Of a stretch of DNA of 64,000 bases, positions 11,569 to 23,995 are shown piece by piece. The stretch comes from Macrostomum lignano (taxonomy: Eukaryota). A program made the translations under genes and the position numbers. A model generated the notes under the pieces. The model was not told the origin of the DNA, did no database searches, and was given only the letters and a program-made list of their open reading frames with translations. The DNA lies in assembly GCA_002269645.1 (NCBI GenBank), contig NIVC01001216.1, positions 1 through 64,000 of the forward strand. Direction: 5' to 3'. Position 1 is the stretch's first letter. Every line of letters begins with the position of its first letter.

Positions 11569-13084
11569 AGTCATTATAGCCTACTAAAATCATGATGTTG
11601 GGAAGTTGGGGCTATGGGCTGTTATGTAAATATAGATTGCCTTAGTAGCGCAAAGTGCCCAAGTGGCAAGACACTGTTTAGCTAGGAGGGGGATGACTAA
11701 GTCCTAAAGTGGCACCCTTCAATGGATCGAGGTTGCCCAGTGAATTTCAGTTTCCTATTATGGATTTGCTCTTGTCATATATGACTTCCCATTGGCTATT
11801 CATTTCAAATAATCCTATTGGGATATTTCTTCTTTGTCAATTGGCTTCTTACACCTCTACTCTGCATTTCTGCTATTGGATTTTAGACTGTTTGTCTTGT
11901 GCTCTTTGTAATTTCTACCTAGCCAATGAGCATTTACTCTTAATTTCAACAAATGAGAAAGGCTTTAGCAACTTAGCTTATTTAGTTTTGTCAAGTGGAT
12001 TGCCTCAGAACGAAAAAGATTGGTTGCCTCTTTGGGCACAAATTTCACTTCAATTTCTATGAAAACCAATGGCAAGGGATGGGGAGGAAAGGCACATTTA
12101 AACAAATTTGTAGAATAAAACTTGATTGCTATGGTAATGGTAGAAATTTAAAATAAACCTTTCTAACAGTTTAAAATACCCCTCTATCATATCTACTAAT
12201 CATCTAATTTATAAATCTAGTATATTAGCCCAATACACATGGGGAGTAAGTGCAATTTTAAGTGTAGATAAGCATATGCAATATATAAGCTGCAAGACCC
12301 CAGCAGCATTATGTTTATAGCAACAATTTGTTATTGTGTATATATTTACAAAGGTATATTGAAGTCTGACAATATTTTGCTCATTATATTAAATAAATTT
12401 TATTATTGAGTTACAAGAAAACTTTATGTAAGTCTGTAATGTTGAAAAAATGACTTCTATCAATTGCTTATATTTAAGGCCTGTTGACAAACTAGATGTT
12501 GACCAATTTAGTGTAACCCAATGTAGTGCCCCCCCCTTTGGGGTGCCCAATAAAAAAGGCAAGAGACAAAGGTTATTTATATGAATCCTTTAACATAAAG
12601 GCACTTTTCTTAAAAGCATTTCTTTAGTTTTATAAATCTTGCTATTATTTAAATAAAATTATCAGGGACAAGGATTTGGGGAACCAACAAAGAATAAAAT
12701 ATTTTTTGAACTAACTACATGTAGGTTCCAACCTTTTAGCCTTTAAATCTCAGCAATTCCCCTAGTAAGTCTTGACATCTCAGCAATTCAACTCAAGCCA
12801 TGATATTTCAGCAATTTAATCTAAATTTTATCTAGCATCAAAATAGTCCAAATTCTAAATTCAAGAATGTAAAAATGAAAGTTAATATATCATTTAAATA
12901 AATACTATGACACTAAAAATAAAACTTGGCATAGAAGTTATTTATTAAGTCAGCCGTTTTACTTTTTGAGTTAAATGATGAAGTATTCAGGCCTGTAAAG
13001 AAAGCCATAACTACTCTCCAGTTGGTTACTTGGCAAGTCTAAGAATCATAATCAATAAAAAAAACCTGTTTCCAGCTCAGCCAA

Positions 13085-16000
13085 ATGAGTTCACTACGCA
13101 AGGCACGCAGCGTGCGAGACTTGGCCATTGTTAGGCTGGATGCCAGGCCGATGCGAGATGATGAGTTCGATTCTAGCGCTGCAGAAAATCAGCCTGGCAA
13201 CCGGCATAGCACTCTGGCTATGGCCTCGGCGCAGTCGCATCAGCATAACTATCAATCCAGTCAGCAGACAGAGGCGCCTGCTAAGCCTATTATACTGAGA
13301 TCTGGAGATGGCAGTCTGCACAATAGGTTGGTAACTATTATGCATTAGCAACTGTTTGTTGAGTTATTGAGTTATTGAAGTCCTATAAAAGTCATCTTCC
13401 TGAATCATCTGAAGTGCTCTCTTCCTGTCCTAAATCATCTCAAGTGTTGTCTTCCTGAATCATCTCAAGTGTTGTCTTCCTGAATCATCTAAATTGCTGT
13501 TTTCCTGAATCATCTGAAGTGCTCTCTTCCTGTCCTGAACCATCTGAAGGGTTGTCTTCCCTGAATCATCTGAAGGGTTGTCTTCCTGGATCATCTAAAG
13601 TGTTGTCTTCCTGAATCATCTTAAGTGCTGTTGTCCTGAATCATCTGAAGTGCTCTCTTCCTGTCCTGAACCATCTGAAGTGTTGTCTTCCTGAATCATC
13701 TGAAGGGTTGTCTTCCTGAATCATCTTAAGTGCTGTTGTCCTGAATCATCTTAAGTGCTCTCTTCCTGTCCTGAACCATCTGAAGTGTTGTCTTCCTGAA
13801 CCATCTGAAGTGTTGTCTTCCTGAATCATCTGAAGGGTTGTCTTCCTGAATCATCTTAAGTGCTGTTGTCCTGAATCATCTGAAGTGCTCTCTTCCTGTC
13901 CTGAACCATCTGAAGTGTTGTCTTCCTGAACCATCTGAAGCATACATGCGCAACTTCTGAAATTACGCTGGCCGTGCGACTTAGTTTTCGATAAAAAATG
14001 CGACTTACCTATGAAAGAGCCAAGCAAAAACTTTAGGTAAACGGCAGGAGTAACTATAACCATATTTTTAAAGCTAAATGCCTCGCCAGCTAATTAGTGC
14101 TGCGTGCAGATTCCGCGTTTTTATAACAGCTAATCAGTGTCATCTAGTGGCGGCATGAAGCAATTAGTAAATTGTCAGTACAGTGTAGTGAGCATACTAC
14201 AAAAGTCATGATTCATGAATGTCCAGAAGTAAGTGAAGTGAATGCAGTGTGACCTATAGCTCAAGAACGATTTGCTAGACGATTTGGCATGGAAGATGAG
14301 AGCCCTGATTCAGATGGCTCATCAGATGCAGAATACGAATCCAGTAGAGATACAAGCTGTGAAAACCCACAGATTTTTAAACCACTGAATTCTAATTCCC
14401 GGAACTATTTTTGCATAGATTCTAAATTTGAAGTCATGCTCAAACAAAAACTTGTTAACAGTTAGGAAAAAGGCAAAGATGGGAGTAATGCATGTTAAAC
14501 TAAGATTTGAGGCCTTTGCAAATTCTCTCCATTCCTCAATCTTCTCATCCTCTTTTTCTTTTCTCTCTCATCCCTTATCCCTTCTCTCTTTCCTCTCCTC
14601 TCTCCTCTCTTTCCTCTCCTCTCCTATCTCTTCTGTCTCCTCTCTACATTCTTATCTCTCCTCTCGTCTCTCTCCATTCCACTCTACTCTCTCATCTTAT
14701 CTTCCCTCTCGTCTCTCTCCACTCTACTCTCTCATCTTATCTCTCCTCTCTTTTCTACTCTCTCATCTCTCCTCTCTTCACTCTCCTCTCATCTCCTCTT
14801 TATCCTCTCTTCTCTCATCTACTCTCTCCTCTTTCCTCTTTCCTCTCTTCTGATCTCATCCATCATCTTTTCTTTCCTCTTTCCTCTCATCTCCTCTTCT
14901 CTCTCATCTCTTTTTCCTCCCTCAGCTTTTCTCTCCTCTTCTATCTTTTCTCCCATCACATCGCTCGCCTCTCCTCTGTTTGCTTATCTCTAATCTTCTA
15001 TTCCCTCTACTTTGAAGTAAGAAAATATGCACATATTTTTGCTGAAGATAAGAGAGAAGAGGGCATTGAGGAAAAAGGGTAGAGAGAAAGGGGGAGAGTA
15101 AAAATGAGAGGAGAGAAGAGGGAAAAGGGGGGAGAGAGAGAAGAGGGGAGGCAAGGTAGAGAAGAAGAGAGAGATGAGAGTTGAAGAGACACCAACCTTG
15201 CTACGAGTAGTTAGTAAGTTAGGAAGTTTCAAAGAACCCGAGGGGCGAGGGCCAGATAGAGGGGCTTCGCGAGCCGGAGTTTGCCAACCCCTGCTCCAGA
15301 GTTTAAGAAATCAATGGGAAACTGTTGACGCGGGCTTCTGATTTCAAAGATCTTGTCTGTTGTTGAAGGCTTCTATTCTGTTTTTGCTCTCCTGCCACAC
15401 TTGCACCTACTACCCCCTGATTGCCTCTGATTGTGACTTACTTCCCTCTTATTGCGACTTAGTTGCTTCTTTTTGCGACTTACCTAATCCTTTTTGCGAC
15501 TTACTTAATCCTTTTTGTGACTTACCTAATCCTTTTGCGACTTACCTAACCCTTTTTGCGACTTACCTAACCCTTTTGCGACTTACCTAATCCTTTTGCG
15601 ACTTACTTAATCCTTTTTGTGACTTACCTAATCCTTTTGCGACTTACCTAATCCTTTTTGCGACTTACCTAACCCTTTTGCGACTTACCTAATCCTTTTG
15701 CGACTTAGCTGATCCTTTTGCGACTTACCTGATCCTTTTGCGACTTAGCTGATCCTTTTGCGACTTACCTGACCCTTTTGCGACTTACCTAATCCTTTTG
15801 CGACTTACCTAACCCTTTTGCGACTTACCTAATCCTTTTGCGACTTAGCTGATCCTTTTGCGACTTACCTGATCCTTTTGCGACTTAGCTGATCCTTTTG
15901 CGACTTACCTGACCCTTTTGCGACTTACCTAATCCTTTTGCGACTTAGCTGATCCTTTTGCGACTTACCTAATCCTTTTGCGACTTAGCTGATCCTTTTG

Positions 16001-19000
16001 CGACTTACCTGATCCTTTTGCGACTTAGCTGATCCTTTTGCGACTTACCTGACCCTTTTGCGACTTACCTAATCCTTTTGCGACTTAGCTGATCCTTTTG
16101 CGACTTACCTGATCCTTTTGCGACTTAGCTGATCCTTTTGCGACTTACCTGACCCTTTTGCGACTTACCTAATCCTTTTGCGACTTACCTAACCCTTTTG
16201 CGACTTACCTAATCCTTTTGCGACTTAGCTGATCCTTTTGCGACTTACCTGATCCTTTTGCGACTTAGCTGATCCTTTTGCGACTTACCTGACCCTTTTG
16301 CGACTTACCTAATCCTTTTGCGACTTACCTAACCCTTTTGCGACTTACCTGACCCTTTTGCGACTTACCTAACCCTTTTGCGACTTACCTGATCCTTTTT
16401 GCGACTTACCTGATTATTTTTGCAACTTATTTAGCTTCTTTTGCGAATTGTTTTTCTTTTGCTTCACCATTTTCCCTGAACTGCTCTTTCTTTCGCTTTC
16501 CTCTTGCCTTTCTTGGTTCTTGTGTTTTTCTGTTTTTGGTTGACTCAATTTTGCGACTTACCCCTGGTCAGCCACGATTTACGGTGGCCGGATCGGCCAG
16601 GTCGGCCAGCAGTTGCGCATGTATGATCTGAAGTGTTGTCTTCCTGAATCATCTGAAGTGCTGTTTTCCTGAATCATCTGAAGTGCTCTCTTGTGTGCTC
16701 TATTCTTGTCATAAATAATTCGAAGTGTTCTCTTCCTGAATCATCTGTTCCTGAAGCATGTAAAATCCGTTGTACTTCTCTGAATCAAAGTTATCCACAA
16801 CTCTGACTTTCCCAGGTACAGCAGCGTCGACTGTCTCGCAGGCAACCGGATGCTTTCAGTCGCACAACAGCAGCAGCCTCAGCAAAAGCAGAAATCAGGC
16901 AAAACTCCGCCGCCAAGGCCAAGCCAGCCGCCAAAAATCCTGCAACAACGACAGCAGCAGGTGGTGGCTCTGTACGACCTGTTAGAGCCGCCGGAGCCCG
17001 GCATTCTGACTATGCGCCGGGGCGATCGGATTCACGTGCTGCGACAGGAGGATGATAACTGGTATTTTGGCAGGCACTCCGATACGGGGGCCACTGGACT
17101 GCTGCCCAGGTGAGAATGGCTGTTGGGGAGTTTTATTACCCTGATGCACCGGATTCATTGACCTTTAACGTCTGAGGTTTCGTATCTGAAGCATCTGAGG
17201 TTTCCTATCTGAAGCATCTGAGGTCTCCTATCTGAAGCATCTGAGGTCTCCTATCTGGATTCTGAAGCATCTGAAGTCTCCTATCTGGATTCTGAAGCAT
17301 CTGAAGTCTCCTATCTGAAGCATCTGAGGTCTCCTATCTGGAGCATCTGAGGTCTCCTATCTGGATTCTGAAGCATCTGAAGTCTCCTATCTGGATTCTG
17401 AAGCATCTGAAGTCTCCTATCTGAAGCATCTGAGGTCTCCTATCTGGAGCATCTGAGGTCTCCTATCTGAAGCATCTGAGGTTTCCTATCTGAAGCATCT
17501 GAGGTTTCCTATCTGAAGCATCTGAGGTTTCCTATCTGAAGCATCTGAGGTTTCCTATCTGAAGCATCTGAGGTCTCCTATCTGAAGCATCTGAGGTCTC
17601 CTATCTGGAGCATGAGGTCTCCTATCTGAAGCATCTGAGGTCTCTTATCTGAAGCATCTGAGGTCTCTTATCTGAAGCATCTGAGGTCTCCTATCTGGAG
17701 CATGAGGTCTCCTATCTGAAGCATCTGAGGTCTCTTATCTGAAGCATCTGAGGTCTCCTATCTGAAGCATCTGAGGTCTCCTATCTGGAGCATGAGGTCT
17801 CCTATCTGAAGCATCTGAGGTCTCTTATCTGAAGCATCTGAGGTCTCTTATCTGAAGCATCTGAGGTCTCTTATCTGAAGCATCTGAGGTCTCCTATCTG
17901 GAGCATGAGGTCTCTTATCTGAAGCATCTGAGGTCTCCTATCTGGAGCATGAGGTCTCCTATCTGAAGCATCTGAGGTCTCTTATCTGAAGCATCTGAGG
18001 TCTCCTATCTGAAGCATCTGAGGTCTCCTATCTGGAGCATGAGGTCTCCTATCTGAAGCATCTGAGGTCTCTTATCTGAAGCATCTGAGGTCTCCTATCT
18101 GGATTCTGAAGCATCTGAAGTCTCCTATCTGGACCATCTGAGGTCTCCTATCTAAAGCATCTGAAGTCTCTTATGGAGCATCTGAGGTCTTCTATCTGAA
18201 GCATCTGAGGTCTCCTATCTGGATTCTGAAGCATCTGAAGTCTCCTATCTGGACCATCTGAGGTCTTCTATCTGAAGCATCTGAGGTCTCCTATCTGAAG
18301 CATCTGAGGTCTCCTTTCTGGAGCATCTGAGGTCTTCTATCTGAAGCATCTGAGTTCTCCTATCTGGATTCTGAAGCATCTGAAGTCTCCTATCTGGACC
18401 ATCTGAGGTCTTCTATCTGAAGCATCTGAGGTCTCCTATCTGAAGCATCTGAGGTCTCCTTTCTGGAGCATCTGAGGTCTTCTATCTGAAGCATCTGAGG
18501 TCTCCTATCTGGATTCTGAAGCATCTGAAGTCTCCTATCTGGACCATCTGAGGTCTTCTATCTGAAGCATCTGAGGTGTCCTATCTAAAGCATCTGAGGT
18601 CTCCTATCTGAAGCATCTGAGGTCTCCTTTCTGGAGCATCTGAGGTCTCTTATCTGAAGCATCTGAGGTCTCCAACCCGGCATCCCTTTTGCTCTCTTTG
18701 CAGGCAATATGTTGGCGATGCTTCATCATCCTCAAGCTACCAGCCTCCTTCTCGGCCTGATCCGCCGGCCGCTGCTTCAACTGCTCAGTCAATGCTGGAC
18801 GATTGGCCATTGGAGCCACAGCAGCAGCACCGGCCGCATATAAAGCAGCGCTCATCCCTGCTGTTATCCCAACCGGCTGCTGATGACGAGTCGCAGCAGC
18901 ATTCTGCCGCTCCTGCACCGGCTGTGGCTGCCATGGCGGCGGCAGCGGCGGCCGCAGCGGCTTCAGCGGCGGCTACCCGTCAGCAGCAGCAGCAGCAGCA

Positions 19001-21075
19001 GCCAGCTGTGAATCCTGGTGGTCCCATGCCGCCAAAGCCCAAGCCCAAGCCTATAGGCGCCGGCGGAGCCCCAACTGCCCGGGCCTTGTATGCCTATGAG
19101 ACCAGTCATCCCGGTGATCTGAGCTTCTCAGCTAATCAGGTAAACTGCCGACTGGTGAAGCTGGGCGAGATTCTGTCCCGGGTTGTTTATTCTCATGGCT
19201 TAGATTCCTGTTTGTTTCCAAATCTCATGGGTGAGATTCCTGTTTGTTTCCAAATCTCATGGCTGAGATTCCTGTTTTTTGTTTCTAAATCTCATGGCTG
19301 AGATTCCTGTTTGTTTCCAAATCTCATGGCTGAGATTCCTGTTTGTTTCCAAATCTCATGGCTGTGATTCATGTCTGTTTCTAAATCTCATGGCTGAGAT
19401 TCCTGTTTGTTTCCAAATCTCATGGCTAAGATTCTTATTTGTGTTTCCAAATCTCATGGCTGAGATTCCTGTCTGTTTCCAAATCTCATGGCTGAGTTTC
19501 CTGTTTTTTGTTTCTAAATCTCATGGCTGAGATTATTATTTGTATTTCCAAATCTCATGTATGAGATTCATGTCTGTTTCCAAATCTCATGGCTGAGATT
19601 CCTGTCTGTTTCCAAATCTCATGGCTGAGATTCCTGTTTTTTGTTTCTAAATCTCATGGCTGAGATTATTATTTGTATTTCCAAATCTCATGTATGAGAT
19701 TCATGTCTGTTTCCAAATCTCATGGCTAAGATTCTTATTTGTATTTCCAAATCTCATGGCTGAGATTCCTGTCTGTTTCCAAATCTCATGGCTGAGATTC
19801 CTGTTTTTTGTTTCTAAATCTCATGGCTGAGATTATTATTTGTATTTCCAAATCTCATGTATGAGATTCATGTCTGTTTCCAAATCTCATGGGTGAGATT
19901 CCTGTTTGTTTCCAAATCTCATGGCTGAGATTCCTGTTTGTTTCCAAATCTCATGACTGAGATTATTATTTGTATTTCCAAATCTTATGTATGAGATTCA
20001 TGTCTGTTTCTAAATCTCATGGCTGGATTCCTGTTTGTTTCTAAATCTCATGGCTGAGATTCCTGTTTGTTTCCAAATCTCATGGGTGAGATTCCTGTTT
20101 GTTTCCAAATCTCATGGCTGAGATTCCTATCAATCTCAAATAGGATTTCTGTGTCAGTCTCAGGAGTTCTCTTCCACCTTCCCTAAATCATTGCAGATCA
20201 TCACCCATATCCGCGAGGTCGACTCTGATTGGATGGAGGGCCGTCTGGCAGGCACGGACCGGATTGGCTTGTTTCCATCCAATCACGTGCAGCTGCTCCA
20301 GCAAAAGCCGCCACCACCGCCGAAACCGAAACCAAAGCCGAAACCGAATCCGAATGCAGCACTGAAGCCTACATTGAATCCGACCCCGAATCCGAATCCG
20401 AATCCGAATGCAGCACTGAAGCCTACATTGAATCCGACCCCGAATCCGAATCCGAAACCGAATCTAATCCCGAAACCGAATCCAATCCCGAAACCGACCC
20501 CAACCCCGAAACCGAATCCAACCCCGAAACCGACCCCAACCCCGAAACCGACCAGCCCAATTCAAAGGCAGCAGTCGTTTCTATACCAAGCCGAAGCGGC
20601 ACACGAATTCCCTGCTCAACAAGTCGGCGATTTGCCGCTTCGAGTCGGCGACAAAATCGGCATCGTCGAAGAGCTGCCGGGTGGCGAATGGCTACGCGGT
20701 CGAATAATTGAATCGGCATTAGCGCCAGAATTCGTCGGCCAGGAGGGCATATTTCCGGCTAATTTTGTTACTAATCGAGACAACAAGAATGCTACTAAGG
20801 CTACTGTTAGTAGCGAGCATAGTCAATCGACTAATAATAATAAAACTGAAGTTCGACAGCAAAGGACACTAAGCCGCCAGATATCGGCTGGTAGAACTGC
20901 CAAAGCTCTGTACGATTTTGTTGGCCGTGCGGAGGACGAATTGACATTTGGAGCCGGCGATGTTGTCACCGCTGTGGCTGAGGTCAACGCCGAATGGCTG
21001 GCCGGCACAGTGCGCGGGCGGGCAGGCGGCCCTGTTAGAGGAATTTTTCCTAAATCATTTGTGCAACTGCTTTAA
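13085..21075 (+). CDS. Four-SH3-domain proline-rich adaptor (SH3D19/Eve-1-like), about 616 aa. Exons 13085-13326, 16816-17109, 18704-19139, 20197-21075; an upstream exon is possible (acceptor at 13075)
   Basis: Four SH3 signatures: VVALYD..WYFG..GLLPRQYV, ARALYAY..DWMEG..GLFPSNHV, AAHEF..EWLRG..GIFPANFV and AKALYDF..EWLAG..GIFPKSFV. Splice phases 2/2/0 match and join the split SH3 domains in frame. Confidence 0.88.
14530..15185. repeat. CT-rich then GA-rich low-complexity tract inside the transposon
   Basis: Polypyrimidine 14530-15000 and polypurine 15045-15185. Confidence 0.9.
15470..16420. repeat. 20-bp minisatellite (TTTTGCGACTTACCTAATCC) built on the transposon's subterminal motif
   Basis: About 47 copies; the GCGACTTA core also occurs at the left end of both family members. 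Confidence 0.95.
17175..18672. repeat. 23-bp minisatellite (ATCTGAAGCATCTGAGGTCTCCT) filling SH3 intron 2
   Basis: Tandem copies with GGATTCT insertion variants. Confidence 0.96.
19190..20128. repeat. 32-bp minisatellite with an internal hairpin (AATCTCA-TGGC-TGAGATT) filling SH3 intron 3
   Basis: Head-to-tail copies with no unique spacers. Confidence 0.95.
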
Positions 21076-21254
21076 GTGGCTGGTTTTTTCTAGTAGGAAC
21101 TTTTTCTATTGAGGTTGTTTAAACTATAATATCTCAAGAGCATAAATATGTCTTTTTCGTAAGGATAATTTGCTCATTTTTACAAACGTTTGATTTGTTG
21201 CTCTTACGAGTCGGTGTCAGTGTTGAGGAGCGAGGTGAGCGTGCGGCCTGCGTA

Positions 21255-23995
21255 CATCGAGAGAAGGGAGTGAGGTGGGGTTTTGTTTGTAGCCTGTGTA
21301 CATAGAGTGGAGGGAGTGAGGTGGGGGTCTGTTTGTAGCCTGCGTACATAGAGTGGAGGGAGTGAGGTGGGGGTCTGTTTGTAGCCTGCGTACATAGAGT
21401 GGAGGGAGTGAGGTGGGGGTTGTTTGTAGCTTGCGTACAAAGAGTGGAGGGAGTAAGGTAGAGGTCTGTTTGTAGCCTGCGTACATAGAGTAGAGGGAGT
21501 GAGGTGGGGGTCTGTTTGTAGTCTGCGTACATAGAGTAGAGGGAGTGAGGTGGGGGTCTGTTTGTAGTCTGCGTACATAGAGTGGAGGGAGTGAGGTGGG
21601 GGTCTTTGTAGCCTGCGTACATAGAGTGGAGGGAGTGAGGTGGGGGTCTGTTTGTAGCTTGCGTACATAGAGTGGAGGGAGTGAGGTGGGGGTTGTTTGT
21701 AGCTTGAGTACATAGAGTGGAGGGAGTGAGGTGGAGGTCTGTTTGTAGCCTGCGTACATAGAGTAGAGGGAGTGAGGTGGGGGTTGTTTGTAGCTTGCGT
21801 ACATAGAGTAGAGGGAGTGAGGTGGGGGTTGTTTGTAGCTTGCGTACAAAGAGTGGAGGGAGTGAGGTGGAGGTCTGTTTGTAGCCTGCGTACATAGAGT
21901 GGAGGGAGTGAGGTGGGGGTCTGTTTGTAGTCTGCGTACATAGAGTGGAGGTAGTGAGGTGGGGGTCTTTGTAGCCTGCGTACATAGAGTGGAGGGAGTG
22001 AGGTGGGGGTCTGTTTGTAGCTTGCGTACATAGAGTGGAGGGAGTGAGGTGGGGGTTGTTTGTAGCTTGCGTACATAGAGTGGAGGGAGTGAGGTGGGGG
22101 TTGTTTGTAGCTTGCGTACATAGAGTGGAGGGAGTGAGGTGGAGGTCTGTTTGTAGCCTGCGTACATAGAGTAGAGGGAGTGAGGTGGGGGTCTGTTTGT
22201 AGTCTGCGTACATAGAGTAGAGGGAGTGAGGTGGGGGTTGTTTGTAGCTTGCGTACAAAGAGTGGAGGCAGTGAGGTGGAGGTCTGTTTGTAGCCTGCGT
22301 ACATAGAGTAGAGGGAGTGAGGTGGGGGTCTGTTTGTAGTCTGCGTACATAGAGTGGAGGGAGTGAGGTGGGGGTCTGTTTAGCCTGCGTACATAGAGTG
22401 GAGGGAGTGAGTTTTCTGTTTGTAGCCTGCGTACATAGAGTGGAGGGAGTGAGGTGGGGGTTGTTTGTAGCTTGCGTACATAGAGTGGAGGGAGTGAGGT
22501 GGGGGTTGTTTGTAGCTTGCGTACATAGAGTGGAGGGAGTGAGGTGGGGGTCTTTGTAGCCTGCTTACATAGAGTGGAGGGAGTGAGGTGGGGGTCTGTT
22601 TGTAGCTTGCGTACATAGAGTGGAGGGAGTGAGGTGGGGGTTGTTTGTAGCTTGCGTACATAGAGTGGAGGGAGTGAGGTGGGGGTTGTTTGTAGCTTGC
22701 GTACAAAGAGTGGAGGCAGTGAGGTGGAGGTCTGTTTGTAGCCTGCGTACATAGAGTAGAGGGAGTGAGGTGGGGGTCTGTTTGTAGTCTGCGTACATAG
22801 AGTGGAGGGAGTGAGGTGGGGGTCTTTTTAGCCTGCGTACATAGAGTGGAGGGAGTGAGTTTTCTGTTTGTAGCCTGCGTACATAGAGTGGAGGGAGTGA
22901 GGTGGGGGTTGTTTGTAGCTTGCGTACATAGAGTAGAGGGAGTGAGGTGGAGGTCTGTTTGTAGCCTGCGTACATAGAGTAGAGGGAGTGAGGTGGGGGT
23001 TGTTTGTAGCTTGCGTACATAGAGTGGAGGGAGTGAGGTGGGGGTTGTTTGTAGCTTGCGTACAAAGAGTGGAGGCAGTGAGGTGGAGGTCTGTTTGTAG
23101 TCTGCGTACATAGAGTGGAGGGAGTGAGGTGGGGGTCTGTTTAGCCTGCGTACATAGAGTGGAGGGAGTGAGTTTTCTGTTTGTAGCCTGCGTACATAGA
23201 GTGGAGGGAGTGAGGTGGGGGTTGTTTGTAGCTTGCGTACATAGAGTGGAGGGAGTGAGGTGGGGGTTGTTTGTAGCTTGCGTACATAGAGTGGAGGGAG
23301 TGAGGTGGGGGTCTTTGTAGCCTGCTTACATAGAGTGGAGGGAGTGAGGTGGGGGTCTGTTTGTAGCTTGCGTACATAGAGTGGAGGGAGTGAGGTGGGG
23401 TTGTTTGTAGCTTGCGTACATAGAGTGGAGGGAGTGAGGTGGGGGTTGTTTGTAGCTTGCGTACAAAGAGTGGAGGCAGTGAGGTGGAGGTCTGTTTGTA
23501 GCCTGCGTACATAGAGTAGAGGGAGTGAGGTGGGGGTCTGTTTGTAGTCTGCGTACATAGAGTGGAGGGAGTGAGGTGGGGGTCTTTTTAGCCTGCGTAC
23601 ATAGAGTGGAGGGAGTGAGTTTTCTGTTTGTAGCCTGCGTACATAGAGTGGAGGGAGTGAGGTGGGGGTTGTTTGTAGCTTGCGTACAAAGAGTGGAGGG
23701 AGTGAGGTGGAGGTCTGTTTGTAGCCTGCGTACATAGAGTAGAGGGAGTGAGGTGGGGGTCTGTTTGTAGTCTGCGTACATAGAGTGGAGGGAGTGAGGT
23801 GGAGGTCTGTTTAGCCTGCGTACATAGAGTGGAGGGAGTGAGTTTTCTGTTTGTAGCCTGCGTACATAGAGTGGAGGGAGTGAGGTGGGGGGTTGTTTGT
23901 AGCATGCGTTCATAGAGTGAAAGGAGAGGTGGGGTTTGTAGCCTGCGTACATTGAGGGAAGGGAGTGAGGTGGGAGTCTTTGTAGCCTGAGTATA
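21255..23995. repeat. 42-46-bp G-rich minisatellite (GCGTACATAGAGTGGAGGGAGTGAGGTGGGGGTCTGTTTGTAGCCT)
   Basis: About 60 copies; source of the long minus-strand repetitive ORFs. Confidence 0.97.

Larger units (their letters stand above)
13941..16625. mobile_element. Non-autonomous DNA transposon, 2685 bp, TIR CATACATGCGCAAC, 8-bp TSD ATCTGAAG (hAT- or P-like TSD length)
   Basis: TIRs at 13941-13954 and 16612-16625; identical ATCTGAAG at 13933-13940 and 16626-16633. No transposase ORF was found. Confidence 0.92.
13395..16755. repeat. 25-bp minisatellite (TCTTCCTGAATCATCTGAAGTGTTG) in SH3 intron 1, interrupted by the 13941-16625 transposon
   Basis: The array at 13395-13940 resumes at 16626-16755. 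Confidence 0.9.

Noticed and set aside
19190-20128. 32-bp palindromic repeat resembling a CRISPR array
   Set aside because: The units are contiguous with no unique spacers, there are no cas genes, and the array lies in a spliceosomal intron.
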